From Phycisphaerales bacterium (lineage in GTDB: Bacteria; Planctomycetota; Phycisphaerae; Sedimentisphaerales; Anaerobacaceae), in NCBI GenBank assembly GCA_020343675.1, contig CP070806.1, positions 4,750,805 to 4,814,804 on the forward strand: a stretch of 64,000 nucleotides of DNA, written 5' to 3'. Every line of letters starts with the position of its first letter. The stretch's first letter is position 1. The notes beneath the pieces are model-generated. The model ran no database searches and was not told where the DNA came from. It saw only the letters and a list, made by a program, of their open reading frames with translations. The position numbers were made by a program, and so were the translations under genes. Shown here piece after piece: positions 29,026 to 38,942 of this stretch.

Positions 29026-30054
29026 CTATTGAGTGTTTGTTTCGGCGGGTGCGTAAGCCACCGGCCTGAGCACGCGAATCTCTCTGGCATACTGCTCAAG
29101 TCTTGCGACTTCTTTTGTGGTTCCGCTCTTGCGGGCTACGCGCAAGGATTTGTCAAGGAGCCTTTGTGCCTGCGCCGTCTCGCCCTTAGCCTGGCTTATT
29201 CTTGCCTGTACCAACCAGAGCGGGATGAGAAAATGATGGTCCGGGCCGTGGACTTTCTCGTAAACAGGCAAGGCTCGCTGAATCAGAGTCTGCGCTTCTG
29301 GATATCTGCCCTGCAACGAATAGAGAGTAGCGAGGCCACTGCGGACCTTGGCCGTGTACAGATGTTCAGGCCCGAAGCTCGTCTCGATCACGCCAATCGC
29401 TTGCGTGAAGTGAGATTCTGCATCCGTATAATCGCCCCGCGCCATGAGCAGGCGAGCCATATCGACTTTGAGGGGCGCGATTTCCTGCCCGTCCTCGGGA
29501 CGGACCTTGCGTATGATGGTCATGGCTCGTTCGAGCGTGGTCCGGGCCTCTTCGTACCGGCCCAGCTCCCGGCAGATTTCACTGAGAATCCTCAGCGTGT
29601 TAGCCACATACGGATGATTGGGCTGATGGACCTTCTCCTGGAGCGCCAAGCCCAACCGGCACATGGTCTCGGCCTGATTCAGGTTCCCCTGCTCTTTGTA
29701 GAGATACGCCAAATCGATCAAACAGGCGCACAGTTCGGAATCGGAAGCGTTTGTCTTTTGCGCCTGATTCAACGCTGTTTCCAAAAGAGGCTGTGCCTTT
29801 TCGTAGCCGCCGCAGGCCATATAGACCCGCGCCATCGATCTCAACGCGGCGGTCGAATGTGTTTGTTTCACCCCGGCGCCGAGCGCATCGCCGCAGAAGG
29901 CCAGACATGTAAGAAAGAGGATAAGCCTTGTAGGGTGTGCAACTCGTTGTACACGCTGAATCGGACCGCGTGGGAAGAAACGGAATTTGCCCACCCTGCG
30001 TTTCTGCTGTTTTGTGGATTGCGCAATAACCGCCGCCTTCATCCAATCCTCCAT
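29026..30054 (-). CDS. Tetratricopeptide-repeat (TPR_12-like) protein with an N-terminal signal/anchor
   Basis: 342-aa ORF with about six or seven 42-residue TPR units (for example LAYLYKEQGNLNQAETMCRLGLALQEKV and LATLYSLQGRYPEAQTLIQRALPVYEKV). The hydrophobic N-terminal segment is LILFLTCLAFCG. Confidence 0.75.
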   Translation of the reverse strand: MEDWMKAAVIAQSTKQQKRRVGKFRFFPRGPIQRVQRVAHPTRLILFLTCLAFCGDALGAGVKQTHSTAALRSMARVYMACGGYEKAQPLLETALNQAQKTNASDSELCACLIDLAYLYKEQGNLNQAETMCRLGLALQEKVHQPNHPYVANTLRILSEICRELGRYEEARTTLERAMTIIRKVRPEDGQEIAPLKVDMARLLMARGDYTDAESHFTQAIGVIETSFGPEHLYTAKVRSGLATLYSLQGRYPEAQTLIQRALPVYEKVHGPDHHFLIPLWLVQARISQAKGETAQAQRLLDKSLRVARKSGTTKEVARLEQYAREIRVLRPVAYAPAETNTQ

Positions 30055-30274
30055 CCTCCCCCGAGGGGTAGAAACGAATCGCAGTAGGTGCCGAAAGGAT
30101 TCGTTCTGACGAATTTACGCCGATTGTTATTGGCCCGTAACGCTTGCTCTCGCGCACGAACCGCCCGGCCGTCCTCCATACGTGTCCTGTTAAAGTATAG
30201 CTAATATGTGCGCGGGGGCCAAACACAGAGGATACAAGGCTGAAGACAGAGTAGGAACCTCGGGCCTCGGACTG

Positions 30275-31681
30275 CTATTCGTGCCGATAGACTTCCCAGC
30301 CCATGTAGTTATCGAGGGCTTCGGCAATGGCATCGGCTTTCCGTGAGCGGCTAACAGCCACGTGGTGCTCAAAGCCGGTCCGGCAGATGTATTGCATCAG
30401 CAACTGCAGGTCCGGGATTTTCATCACGCCGTAGCCGCCGAAGGTATCAAGTTTGTCGTTAGTGAATTCACCTTCGCCCACGTAAGCAGTGATAATCCCG
30501 GCGGCATCGTCGGTCGTCGTCCGGCAGAACGTCGCCTCACCCGGCGCTATCCTGCCCACAATCGTCCCGTAGGTGTTCTCCTTGCCCACGGACCCGGCGA
30601 TGATTTCCTGATAGTCCATCTTTGATGTCTTGAAGAATGATTTCGGCAAATTGCTGCAATGGAACAGGACCGTCTTGTCGGGATCGGAGCCGCAGTTGTT
30701 GTTCCAGTCCAGCAGTGCGCTGGGCGTCAGTGCCGCCAACTGGAGAATATACATCCCGAGTAGGCCGGTTATATCGACCTCACAGGCGCTCGGTATCAGC
30801 GACTCGCTCATCATGCTCATCAGCGTACAGGGGACGATGCCGAAAAATTCCTCCAGGGCAGTCCAGCATTGAATGGCGGTGCCGTCGAGCGCGTTCTCCC
30901 TGATCCATCGATCTATGACTGTGCCGAACTTGGCCATCTTCAGGAGCGGCTCGGCAGGAATTGCCCCGGTTGGCGTGTACTTCTTTATGGCGTCCAGTTT
31001 CTTCTTGACAGCTCTGTCATTGTCGCCGAGCCGCTCGACGCGTCCGAGGATTTCGGACAGGTCAATGGTCTCGACGGTGATGCCCGAGAGTTCGAGGATC
31101 TTTTCGCTGTAGCGGACCGTGTTGAACGCGCCCGTGCGAGCGCCAACGGCGCCGAACCGGACATTCCTGAGGCCCCTGACCACCCTGCACACTGAGGCAA
31201 AGTCATCGAGCTCGTCTTTGAACTGGGACGATGTCACCGGCACCGTGTGTGAATTTGTCAAAGTATATGGAATGCCGGCCTGCCTGAGATTGTTGCAGAC
31301 GCTGATCTTTCCGCAGAAGGAATCCCGTCTGTTGGCGATGCTCATTGTGCCCTGCACATCGGGTTCGGCGTGAATCAGGATCGGCACGTTCAGCTCCGAG
31401 CGTTTGATCGTCTCGGCCACCGCCTTTTCGTCGCCGAAGTTCGGCAGAGTTACAATGATGCCGTCGATCTTCTCGCCTTTTCGAGCGAAAAGCGCCGCGC
31501 ATTTCTTTGCATCGGAGAAGGTCTCAACCGCGCCGTATTTCGTCTCCTGCATTGAAAGAGCGACGGGGTTAAAGCCGTTCTTCCTGAGCACATCGAGTAT
31601 GTTCTTCCGTCCCTGTTTGGCCAGTATGTCGGGGAAGAACCCGCGGTTTCCAACAATGACGCCGAATGTGGTCTTTTTCAT
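30275..31681 (-). CDS. L-fucose/L-arabinose isomerase-family protein (probable L-arabinose isomerase of this operon)
   Basis: 468-aa ORF whose N-terminus MKKTTFGVIVGNRGFFPD and overall layout resemble the FucI-like (COG2407) family. The SD AAGGAGAAA precedes the start. It is the last gene of the transporter-araB-araD operon. Confidence 0.6.
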   Translation of the reverse strand: MKKTTFGVIVGNRGFFPDILAKQGRKNILDVLRKNGFNPVALSMQETKYGAVETFSDAKKCAALFARKGEKIDGIIVTLPNFGDEKAVAETIKRSELNVPILIHAEPDVQGTMSIANRRDSFCGKISVCNNLRQAGIPYTLTNSHTVPVTSSQFKDELDDFASVCRVVRGLRNVRFGAVGARTGAFNTVRYSEKILELSGITVETIDLSEILGRVERLGDNDRAVKKKLDAIKKYTPTGAIPAEPLLKMAKFGTVIDRWIRENALDGTAIQCWTALEEFFGIVPCTLMSMMSESLIPSACEVDITGLLGMYILQLAALTPSALLDWNNNCGSDPDKTVLFHCSNLPKSFFKTSKMDYQEIIAGSVGKENTYGTIVGRIAPGEATFCRTTTDDAAGIITAYVGEGEFTNDKLDTFGGYGVMKIPDLQLLMQYICRTGFEHHVAVSRSRKADAIAEALDNYMGWEVYRHE

Positions 31682-31750
31682 TTTCGTTTCTCCTTTACAC
31701 GGAAAAACACGGTCTGCAACATGGAAACAAGACGGACGCGTCCGTGACTG

Positions 31751-32485
31751 TCAAGGTTTGCGTCCGTGAGCGTCCGTGTTCGCGTCTGTGCGCTTCCGTG
31801 TTTGCCCATAATAAGCGTTCTTGCCGTGCTTGCGCAGGTAGTGCTTCTCAAGCAGCGCACGGCCGATGGGTTTCTGGCCGGGCTCGATGGTCAGGGTCCC
31901 AAAGGCCATCGCTGCGATTTGCTCCAATACCGCCATCGATTCAACCGCCCCGGCGGGACTGTGGCCCCACGTGAAAGGACCATGATTGGCCACCAGAACT
32001 GCCTGCATCTGCATCGGGTCCAGGCCGGCAAACCGCCTGACGATGACCCGGCCCGTGTTCAACTCGTAATTGCCTTCTATCTGCTCGTCCGTCAGGGAAT
32101 CAGTCACCGGCACAGCGCCATAAAACTGGTCGGCGTGCGTGGTACCGAAGCAGGGGATTTCCTTGCACGCCTGCGCCCAGGCCGTTGCGTTGGGGGAGTG
32201 CGTGTGGCATATGCCGCCGACGGCTTTGAAGTTCCTGTACAGCTCAAGATGCGTAGGCGTGTCCGACGAGGGCTTGAGCGTCCCGGCGATGATCTTGCCG
32301 TCGGCATCGAGCAAAACCATCTTGTCCGGCGTAAGCTCATCGTAGGCGACGCCGCTCGGCTTGATTGCGATGATGCCTGCGGAACGGTCCATCCCGCTGA
32401 CGTTACCCCAACTGCCAATCACAAGCTTCTGTTCGTGCAATTGGCGATTTGCCTCGCAGACGGCCTTCCTGAGTTCGTCGTGCAT
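31751..32485 (-). CDS. araD: L-ribulose-5-phosphate 4-epimerase
   Basis: Class II aldolase motifs SWGNVSG, PSSDTPTHLELY and CHTHSPNATAWAQ. I chose the start at MHDELRK (32485) on homology. Beyond the usual ...AYYGQ end there is a 16-aa tail, TRKRTDANTDAHGRKP. Confidence 0.85.
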   Translation of the reverse strand: MHDELRKAVCEANRQLHEQKLVIGSWGNVSGMDRSAGIIAIKPSGVAYDELTPDKMVLLDADGKIIAGTLKPSSDTPTHLELYRNFKAVGGICHTHSPNATAWAQACKEIPCFGTTHADQFYGAVPVTDSLTDEQIEGNYELNTGRVIVRRFAGLDPMQMQAVLVANHGPFTWGHSPAGAVESMAVLEQIAAMAFGTLTIEPGQKPIGRALLEKHYLRKHGKNAYYGQTRKRTDANTDAHGRKP

Positions 32486-32607
32486 ACTTGGGTACCCTAA
32501 CAGAGAAATGCAAAAGTCAAAATGCAAAGTGCAAAATTAAGGAGCTCGTCCCGCCTTGGCGGGACTTCACAATTTTGACTCTTGATATTTGATGTTTTCA
32601 TTCTTCT

Positions 32608-34287
32608 TCACGCGCTGTCTTTGATGCTCAGCAATTCTTTCATGACGTTCGCCAGTTGACCCGAACATTCTCGCACGCCGAAGGCGTCGTGCAACTGCTT
32701 GTAGAGGAAGTACAGCCGCCCATAGACTTCGTTGTTCCGGGCGATGGGTTTGTACGTCAGATCCTTGATGCCGCACATAGCGGCCTGGGCGTCGGCGAAG
32801 CGGTCGTAGCCCCCGGAGGCTTTACCCGCCACTACGGCGCCGGCGATGCACGCACCCAGGGCGCAGCTTTGAGCCGAACGGGAGATCTTCATTTCCCGGC
32901 CCGTGACGTCGGCGTAGATTTGCATCAGCAGAGGATTCTTCTCAGCGATTCCGCCGCAGTTTACGACTTCGCCAACACCGATGCCGTATTCTTCAAATCG
33001 GTTGATAATGGTCAGAGCGCCAAAGGCGGTCGCCTCGATCAGGGCGCGATAAATCTCCTCCGGCCTTGTGTGCAGGGTTTGGCCGAGCAGCAGTCCGGTC
33101 AGTCTCTGGTCCACGAGCACGTTTCGATTCCCATTGTTCCAGTCGAGTGCCAGAAGTCCGGACTGGCCCGGCTTGAGCTTTGCGGCCCTCTCGGTAAGCG
33201 CTTCGTGAGAACCCGCCTTGGCGCCGCCCGGCTCGATGCAATTGACGAACCAGTTGAAGATGTCACCTACGGCGGACTGGCCCGCTTCCAGGCCGAAATG
33301 CCCCGGCAGAATAGACCCGTCAACGATGCCGCAGATGCCGGGAATATCGGGCAGATTCGTATTGGTCGGCGCCACGACCATGTCACAGGTGCTTGTGCCG
33401 ATGATTTTGACGAGAAGACCCTCCTTGATTCCCGAACCGACGGCGCCCAGATGCGCGTCGAAGGCGCCCATTGCGACGGGAATACGCGCTGGCAGGTCAA
33501 GCCACTCTGCCCATTCGTCGGTGAGATGCCCCGCTTTTTCATCTACGGCTTGTGTCTGCCTGCTCAGTGTCTTGCGCAGGGCGCCAAGCTTCGGGTCGAG
33601 CTTGGAGAGAAATGCTGCATCCGGGTAGCCGCCCCAGTCGTTACTGAACATAGCCTTGTGGCCGGCGGCGCAGCGGCACCGCTTGAGCTTGTCCGGGGCT
33701 TGGGTGCCGGTCAGGACGGCGGGCAGCCAGTCGGCGTGCTCGGCCCAGGTGTAGGCCGCGTCAAAGACCTCCGGGTCTGCGCGGAGGCAATGAAGAATCT
33801 TGCTAAAGAACCATTCGGAGGAATAGGTCCCGCCGCACTTGGCTAAGTATTCAGGGTGTTCATTCTGAGCCAACTGGGTGATCTCGGCGGCTTCGGCGTG
33901 GCCCGTGTGGTCCTTCCACAGCCAGGCGCAGGCGTTCGGATTGTCCTTGAATTCCTCCAGTGAGTTCAAGGGCGTGCCGTTCTTGTCAACCGGGATCGGC
34001 GTCGAGCCGGTCGTGTCGATGCCGACACCGATAATCTGATCCGCTGCAAAGCCCTTCGCTGTTTGTCTGGCCTCGGCGATAGCGGCCTTGAAGGTGACCT
34101 CAATACCCTTGAGGTAGTCGGCGGGGTTTTGCCGGGCCAGGTTATGATCGGCCGCATCGAGAATAATGCCGGCCTCACCGGTTTCGTATTCATAGACGCA
34201 ACTGCCCATCTCATCCCCGTTGGTCACATCGACGATCAGGCATCGCACTGAATTCGTGCCGTAATCCAGGCCGATTGTGTAAGGCAT
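32608..34287 (-). CDS. araB: Ribulokinase (FGGY family)
   Basis: The N-terminus MPYTIGLDYGTNSVRCLIVD is typical of AraB. The ATG at 34287 lies 7 nt after the SD AGGAGG, so the longer track start at 34320 was rejected. Confidence 0.85.
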   Translation of the reverse strand: MPYTIGLDYGTNSVRCLIVDVTNGDEMGSCVYEYETGEAGIILDAADHNLARQNPADYLKGIEVTFKAAIAEARQTAKGFAADQIIGVGIDTTGSTPIPVDKNGTPLNSLEEFKDNPNACAWLWKDHTGHAEAAEITQLAQNEHPEYLAKCGGTYSSEWFFSKILHCLRADPEVFDAAYTWAEHADWLPAVLTGTQAPDKLKRCRCAAGHKAMFSNDWGGYPDAAFLSKLDPKLGALRKTLSRQTQAVDEKAGHLTDEWAEWLDLPARIPVAMGAFDAHLGAVGSGIKEGLLVKIIGTSTCDMVVAPTNTNLPDIPGICGIVDGSILPGHFGLEAGQSAVGDIFNWFVNCIEPGGAKAGSHEALTERAAKLKPGQSGLLALDWNNGNRNVLVDQRLTGLLLGQTLHTRPEEIYRALIEATAFGALTIINRFEEYGIGVGEVVNCGGIAEKNPLLMQIYADVTGREMKISRSAQSCALGACIAGAVVAGKASGGYDRFADAQAAMCGIKDLTYKPIARNNEVYGRLYFLYKQLHDAFGVRECSGQLANVMKELLSIKDSA

Positions 34288-34322
34288 GTACTTACCTCCT
34301 GCGCGGAAACGCCGCGCCAATA

Positions 34323-36038
34323 TCAGTTCAGCCAGAAGCTAAAGTACAGGTACAGCCCAAGCACGAGACCCAAAACCACGACGGTCATCAGCACTTCGAC
34401 AAGCCCCCAGCTCTCGCGGCATTCCTTCTTTTGCTCGGGCGTCGCCGTCCCATAGGTCAGCTCGGCAATGCGTTTGTAGTCCGGCGGAGCCGTCAACAGT
34501 GAGACGCCGACAATGGCCACGATGCTGATCAGCAGCAGCCAGCCTGAGGCGAAAAGGAAATTGTATTGTCCGATGCCGACGAGCCACTCGGGCGATGTAA
34601 TGATGGCCTCCGCGCCGCCTCCGGTAAGGGCCTGCAAGGCCAGCTTGCCCATACCGGCGATGAAACCGACCGCCAGACCGGCCACGGCGCCTTTGCCGTT
34701 AATCCGTTTGAAGAAGAGGCCAAGCAGAAAGACCGCCGTTATAGGGGGTCCCAGATAGCTCTGAACGTCTTGAAGGTACTTGTACAATCCCCCCTGAGAG
34801 ACCCGCTGCATCACGGGAATCCAGATAATCCCCATTCCAACGACCACCAGCGTTGCGATCCTGCCCACCGTGACAAGATGGCGTTCGGACGCCTTCGGAT
34901 TGATCTTCTCATAAATGTCCACGGTAAACAGCGACGCGCAGGAATTAAACAGCGACGAGAGAGAGCTCATCAGCGCTGCCAGCAGGCCTCCGACCACCAG
35001 GCCGCGCAGACCCGCCGGCAAAAGCGAGCTGACCATAACGGCGAACACCTGGTCCCCATCGAGCACTTCCTGGCCGTTGGCCATCTTCGTGGGGATTGTA
35101 ATCATCCCCTTTTGGTGCAGAGCGTAGCCGATAAGACCCGGCACGAGAAAGATCATCACGGGCCAGACCTTCAGGAAACTGCCCCAAAGCGCGCCTCGCC
35201 GGGCGTTGCGAAGGTCCTTGGCGGACAGCGCTCTCTGGACAATGTACTGGTCCGTACACCAGTACCATATCCCAATAATCGGCGATGCGATCAAGATGCC
35301 CAGCCACGGAAAATCCGGGGCGGTATTCGGCCGCCACAGCGCGAAATTCTCGGCATTCGGCCGGCATATTGCCTGGAGCTCGCTCCAGCCGCCGAGCTTG
35401 CTGAGGCCGAAAAACGTGATGAAAGCCGAGCCGAGCAACAAAATGACCGTCTGGATGGTATCTGTATAAACCACGGCCCGCAGACCGCCGAGAACGGTGT
35501 AGATGCCCGTGAGGACGACGGTTAAGAGTGCTCCTATCCAGAACGCGTCAAGGACGAGACTTTCGGTCAGTTGTACGTGAATTTCAGGCAGCAGGACGTT
35601 GAATACCACGCCGCCGGCATAGACGGTCACCGATACTTTTGTGAACACATACGCAACAAGCGAGACGATGGTGAGTATCCAGCGAGCTGTCGCATTATAT
35701 CGCTTCTCAAGAAACTCGGGCATCGTAAAGACCCTTGAGCGATAGTAAAACGGAACGAATACCCAGGCCAGCATAACCACCACCCAGGCGTGCAGCTCCC
35801 AGTGCGCCATGCCCATGCCGCTGGTCGAGCCTTGTCCGGCCAGTCCGACGATATGCTCAGAGCCGATATTTGAGGCAAAGATTGACGCCCCAACCACAAA
35901 CCACGGCATGTGTCTGCCTGCGAGGAAGTAATCGGTCGATGTTCTTTGTTTCTGCAAGACCACCCACCAGACGACCGCCAGCATGATGCCGAAATAACCT
36001 GCGATTGCAATCCAATCCAATACCTCAAAGCCACCCAC
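34323..36038 (-). CDS. Sodium:solute symporter (SGLT-like) transporter
   Basis: 571-aa highly hydrophobic ORF, roughly 13-14 TM segments by eye, with SSS-family character. It is the first gene of the arabinose operon. Confidence 0.75.
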   Translation of the reverse strand: MGGFEVLDWIAIAGYFGIMLAVVWWVVLQKQRTSTDYFLAGRHMPWFVVGASIFASNIGSEHIVGLAGQGSTSGMGMAHWELHAWVVVMLAWVFVPFYYRSRVFTMPEFLEKRYNATARWILTIVSLVAYVFTKVSVTVYAGGVVFNVLLPEIHVQLTESLVLDAFWIGALLTVVLTGIYTVLGGLRAVVYTDTIQTVILLLGSAFITFFGLSKLGGWSELQAICRPNAENFALWRPNTAPDFPWLGILIASPIIGIWYWCTDQYIVQRALSAKDLRNARRGALWGSFLKVWPVMIFLVPGLIGYALHQKGMITIPTKMANGQEVLDGDQVFAVMVSSLLPAGLRGLVVGGLLAALMSSLSSLFNSCASLFTVDIYEKINPKASERHLVTVGRIATLVVVGMGIIWIPVMQRVSQGGLYKYLQDVQSYLGPPITAVFLLGLFFKRINGKGAVAGLAVGFIAGMGKLALQALTGGGAEAIITSPEWLVGIGQYNFLFASGWLLLISIVAIVGVSLLTAPPDYKRIAELTYGTATPEQKKECRESWGLVEVLMTVVVLGLVLGLYLYFSFWLN

Positions 36039-36375
36039 AATTCAGCCCTTTCAAATCTCTGCCAAGAACTCTTTTCGTTGGCGCATTTTTCGACCCGGGA
36101 ATTCCGTATATAAGTCCAAGCGCATGAAATTTCAAGATTTTTCCCTTTTCTTTGCGACACACCGCAAGAGTGTGATTACCTGGTTGGACGAAGCCCTGTC
36201 ACTCATGAAAATTCAGCCTGACGGGATTGCACTTCAAATAGACCTTGCTTTTGCAGAAATACGACAAAACCGGCCAACAAATCGTTGCATTTGCGACCTA
36301 ATTGTCTATGCTAATACCGATTTCAGTGGCCTCTTTTTGTTGCAGGGTTATGTGATTATCTATCGGATTGCGAAA

Positions 36376-37479
36376 ATGGCGAAATGCTTCGTCTTTCTTA
36401 TAACGTTTGCCATGCCGGTCTTTGTTTGTAGCTGCTCGGCCACCGAGGCCGGTCGTACCGAACCTGCGCTCGAAGAGAACACCGTATTCCTGCCCGCCGA
36501 GGTGGAGACGGATAGAAGGGCACCGGCCGGGGTGGTGCCGGACAAGGTCGAGCCCGTTCATGCCGAACCCAGCCAGAGCGAGCCTGCCGGCCTCGAACAA
36601 TCCGGATTTGAACCGAATAATGTTCGAACTGTGGCCTCGGAGCCCAATGAGCCCGAGCCAAACGAAGTCGAACCTGCTTGGGCCGAGCCGAATAACGTCA
36701 GACCTGACCGGGCGACTTCGTTCCATGCCAGATGCGCCGAGATCCTCGAAGGGTTTGTCGATGACAAGGGGATGGTGGATTACAAGGGACTCAGGCGAAA
36801 ACGGCTTGCTCTCAGGGCCGTGCTGAATGAATTCAATACCCTCGATCCGAATGAGTATGCGTCCTGGTCCGACGAGGACAAGACCGCCTTCTGGATTAAC
36901 ACGTACAACCTGCAGAAACTCAAGGTCGTGGCGGACAATTATCCCATTGAGCCGTCTTCGCGCATTCTCACGATCTACTGGGGCCCCAGCAGCATCAGGC
37001 ATATCGAGCAAAAAATGAGTCGGCACAAGTTCCTCGTGATGGACGAAGAGTTCACCTTCCCGAGAGTCGAGAAGCGGTTTTTCCGCGGGGAATTTGATGA
37101 TCCCAGAATATTCTTTGCCTTGTCCAACGCCTGTCTGTCGAGTCCGCCGCTCCGCAACGAACCCTATACCGGAGACAGACTCGACGAGCAGTTGGACGAG
37201 CAGGCCCGGAAATTCCTTGCCGGTCCGCGCGCATTCCGAATAGACCGCCAAAGACAGAAAGTTTACCTATCAGCCTTGTTTCAATTGTCATCTTATGGTA
37301 AAGAGTTTGCCGAAAAGTTCGCCATCGACAGAAAGTTCAAGGACCACGCGCCCGCGGCCCGGGCGGCATTGAACTTCATCAGCAACTATGTTTCGAGGCG
37401 GGATGTTTCTTTTCTTGAAGTTGGCAATTATACTATTGAATACATGACGTATGACTGGACGATTAACGACGATTCGTAA
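36376..37479 (+). CDS. DUF547-domain lipoprotein with an acidic EPN-rich linker
   Basis: The start at MAKCFVFLITFAMPVFVCSC gives a signal/lipobox-like N-terminus. A low-complexity region follows (EPNNVR / EPNEPEPNEVEP). The C-terminal region (VDYKGLRRKR...FWINTYNLQKLKVVADNYP) is DUF547-like. Confidence 0.6.
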   Translation: MAKCFVFLITFAMPVFVCSCSATEAGRTEPALEENTVFLPAEVETDRRAPAGVVPDKVEPVHAEPSQSEPAGLEQSGFEPNNVRTVASEPNEPEPNEVEPAWAEPNNVRPDRATSFHARCAEILEGFVDDKGMVDYKGLRRKRLALRAVLNEFNTLDPNEYASWSDEDKTAFWINTYNLQKLKVVADNYPIEPSSRILTIYWGPSSIRHIEQKMSRHKFLVMDEEFTFPRVEKRFFRGEFDDPRIFFALSNACLSSPPLRNEPYTGDRLDEQLDEQARKFLAGPRAFRIDRQRQKVYLSALFQLSSYGKEFAEKFAIDRKFKDHAPAARAALNFISNYVSRRDVSFLEVGNYTIEYMTYDWTINDDS

Positions 37480-37494
37480 AAGGACAAGTAAGAC

Positions 37495-38691
37495 ATGGCA
37501 AAAAAATCAGTGCGCAGAAATCGTAGTACCGAGACCTATCTTTTTACCAGTGAGTCCGTGACGATGGGCCACCCGGACAAGGTGGCCGACCACATATCCG
37601 ATTCAATCCTGGACGCCATGCTCGCGCAGGACCCGCAAAGCAGGGTGGCGTGTGAGACTCTCGTGAAGGCCGACATGGTGGTCGTTGCCGGTGAGATTAC
37701 GTCCAAGGCCCTGGTCGATATTCCGACGGTGGTTCGGCAAACGATCAAGGAGATCGGCTACGACAAGCCCGAGCTCGGATTTCATCACGAGAATAGTGCC
37801 GTTCTGGTCTCCCTCACAAAGCAGAGTCCCGACATTTCACAGGGCGTAACCGAGGGAGCCGGTCGGCACCGGGAACAGGGGGCGGGGGACCAGGGAATGA
37901 TGTTCGGCTACGCCTGCCGGGAGACGCCCTCCCTGATGCCGATGCCGATTCAGTTGGCGCACCTGCTCACTACGCGGCTGGAGAAGATGCGGCAGAGCAG
38001 GAAACTGCCGTGGCTGCGGCCCGACGGCAAGAGCCAGGTCACCATCCAATACGAAAACGGCAAACCCAAACGCATTCATACCGTGGTGATATCCACTCAC
38101 CACGCGCCGACGGTTTCGGACGCGCAGTTGAGAAAACAGATCCTCGACAAAGTGATTCGTCCCGTTCTGCCCAAACGTTTCGTGGACAAGAACACGGTGT
38201 TCCACATCAACCCGACCGGCCGATTCGTGGAAGGCGGCCCTAAAGCCGACTGCGGCCTGACTGGCAGAAAGCTCATCGTGGACACGTATGGCGGCAGGGG
38301 GCGCCACGGAGGCGGCGCTTTCAGCGGCAAGGATCCGACCAAGGTGGACCGCACGGCCAGTTATATGGCCCGATACATCGCCAAGAATATCGTGGCCGCA
38401 GGCCTGGCCGATGCCTGTGAGGTCCAGTTGTCTTACGCCATCGGCGTGGCCGAGCCGATCTCCGTATTTGTGGATACGGCCGGGACCTCGAAAGTCAGCG
38501 AGCAGAAACTGTGCCAGATCATTCGAGAGCTCTTCCCCCTAACCCCGAAGGGAATGATCTGCCACTTGAAGCTTGCCCGGCCGATCTTCGGCGAGACCTC
38601 GTACGGCGGACATTTCGGACGCAAGGGGCCCAACTTCACGTGGGAACAAACCGATATGGCCGCCAAGCTCCGCAAGGCCGCGGGGCTGTAG
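37495..38691 (+). CDS. metK: S-adenosylmethionine synthetase
   Basis: 398-aa ORF with the hallmark [17 protein letters not shown] and [19 protein letters not shown] motifs. It starts only 15 nt after the DUF547 stop. Confidence 0.92.
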   Translation: MAKKSVRRNRSTETYLFTSESVTMGHPDKVADHISDSILDAMLAQDPQSRVACETLVKADMVVVAGEITSKALVDIPTVVRQTIKEIGYDKPELGFHHENSAVLVSLTKQSPDISQGVTEGAGRHREQGAGDQGMMFGYACRETPSLMPMPIQLAHLLTTRLEKMRQSRKLPWLRPDGKSQVTIQYENGKPKRIHTVVISTHHAPTVSDAQLRKQILDKVIRPVLPKRFVDKNTVFHINPTGRFVEGGPKADCGLTGRKLIVDTYGGRGRHGGGAFSGKDPTKVDRTASYMARYIAKNIVAAGLADACEVQLSYAIGVAEPISVFVDTAGTSKVSEQKLCQIIRELFPLTPKGMICHLKLARPIFGETSYGGHFGRKGPNFTWEQTDMAAKLRKAAGL

Positions 38692-38762
38692 GGACGGCAC
38701 CGTCTTGACCGGTGCAAGTTGAAACACTGTACTGAACCGGCCCAGATTTTTGGATTTTGCGC

Positions 38763-38791
38763 TTGACACGATTGAAAAAAGTTGGTTTAAT
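38763..38791 (+). promoter_or_regulatory. Candidate sigma70-type promoter of the trp operon
   Basis: TTGACA (38763-38768), a 17-nt spacer, then TTTAAT (38786-38791). The predicted transcription start would fall at or near the leader ATG at 38798, which implies a possibly leaderless mRNA. Pattern match only. Confidence 0.35.
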
Positions 38792-38797
38792 AGTACC

Positions 38798-38854
38798 ATG
38801 ATGAGGCAAATGAACCGTGGAATTACGGGTAAGTGGTGGTGGCCTGCAGGATAA
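38798..38854 (+). CDS. trpL: trp operon leader peptide, MMRQMNRGITGKWWWPAG
   Basis: Hand-translated 18-codon ORF with three consecutive TGG codons at 38834-38842 and a TAA stop at 38852-38854. An alternative start at 38810 follows GAGG. It lies between the promoter candidate and the terminator, upstream of trpE. Confidence 0.6.
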   Translation: MMRQMNRGITGKWWWPAG

Positions 38855-38909
38855 ATTCCGGCGGGCAAGCGGTCGTTTGCTGTACACAATTTGTTCCATT
38901 GACGAAGAA

Positions 38910-38942
38910 CGCAGCCTGTCGGAAACGCAGGCTGCTTTTTTT
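38910..38942 (+). terminator. Attenuator terminator upstream of trpE
   Basis: The stem pairs GCAGCCTG (38911-38918) with CAGGCTGC (38928-38935), followed by seven T (38936-38942). It lies 52 nt before the trpE ATG. Confidence 0.7.

Noticed and set aside
31739-31800. Short direct repeats (CGTCCGTG x5) considered as a mini CRISPR or satellite.
   Set aside because: The units are only 8 nt with irregular 10-22 nt spacing, mostly inside the araD coding end. There are no cas genes. I report them only as a curiosity in the ara-operon hairpin finding.
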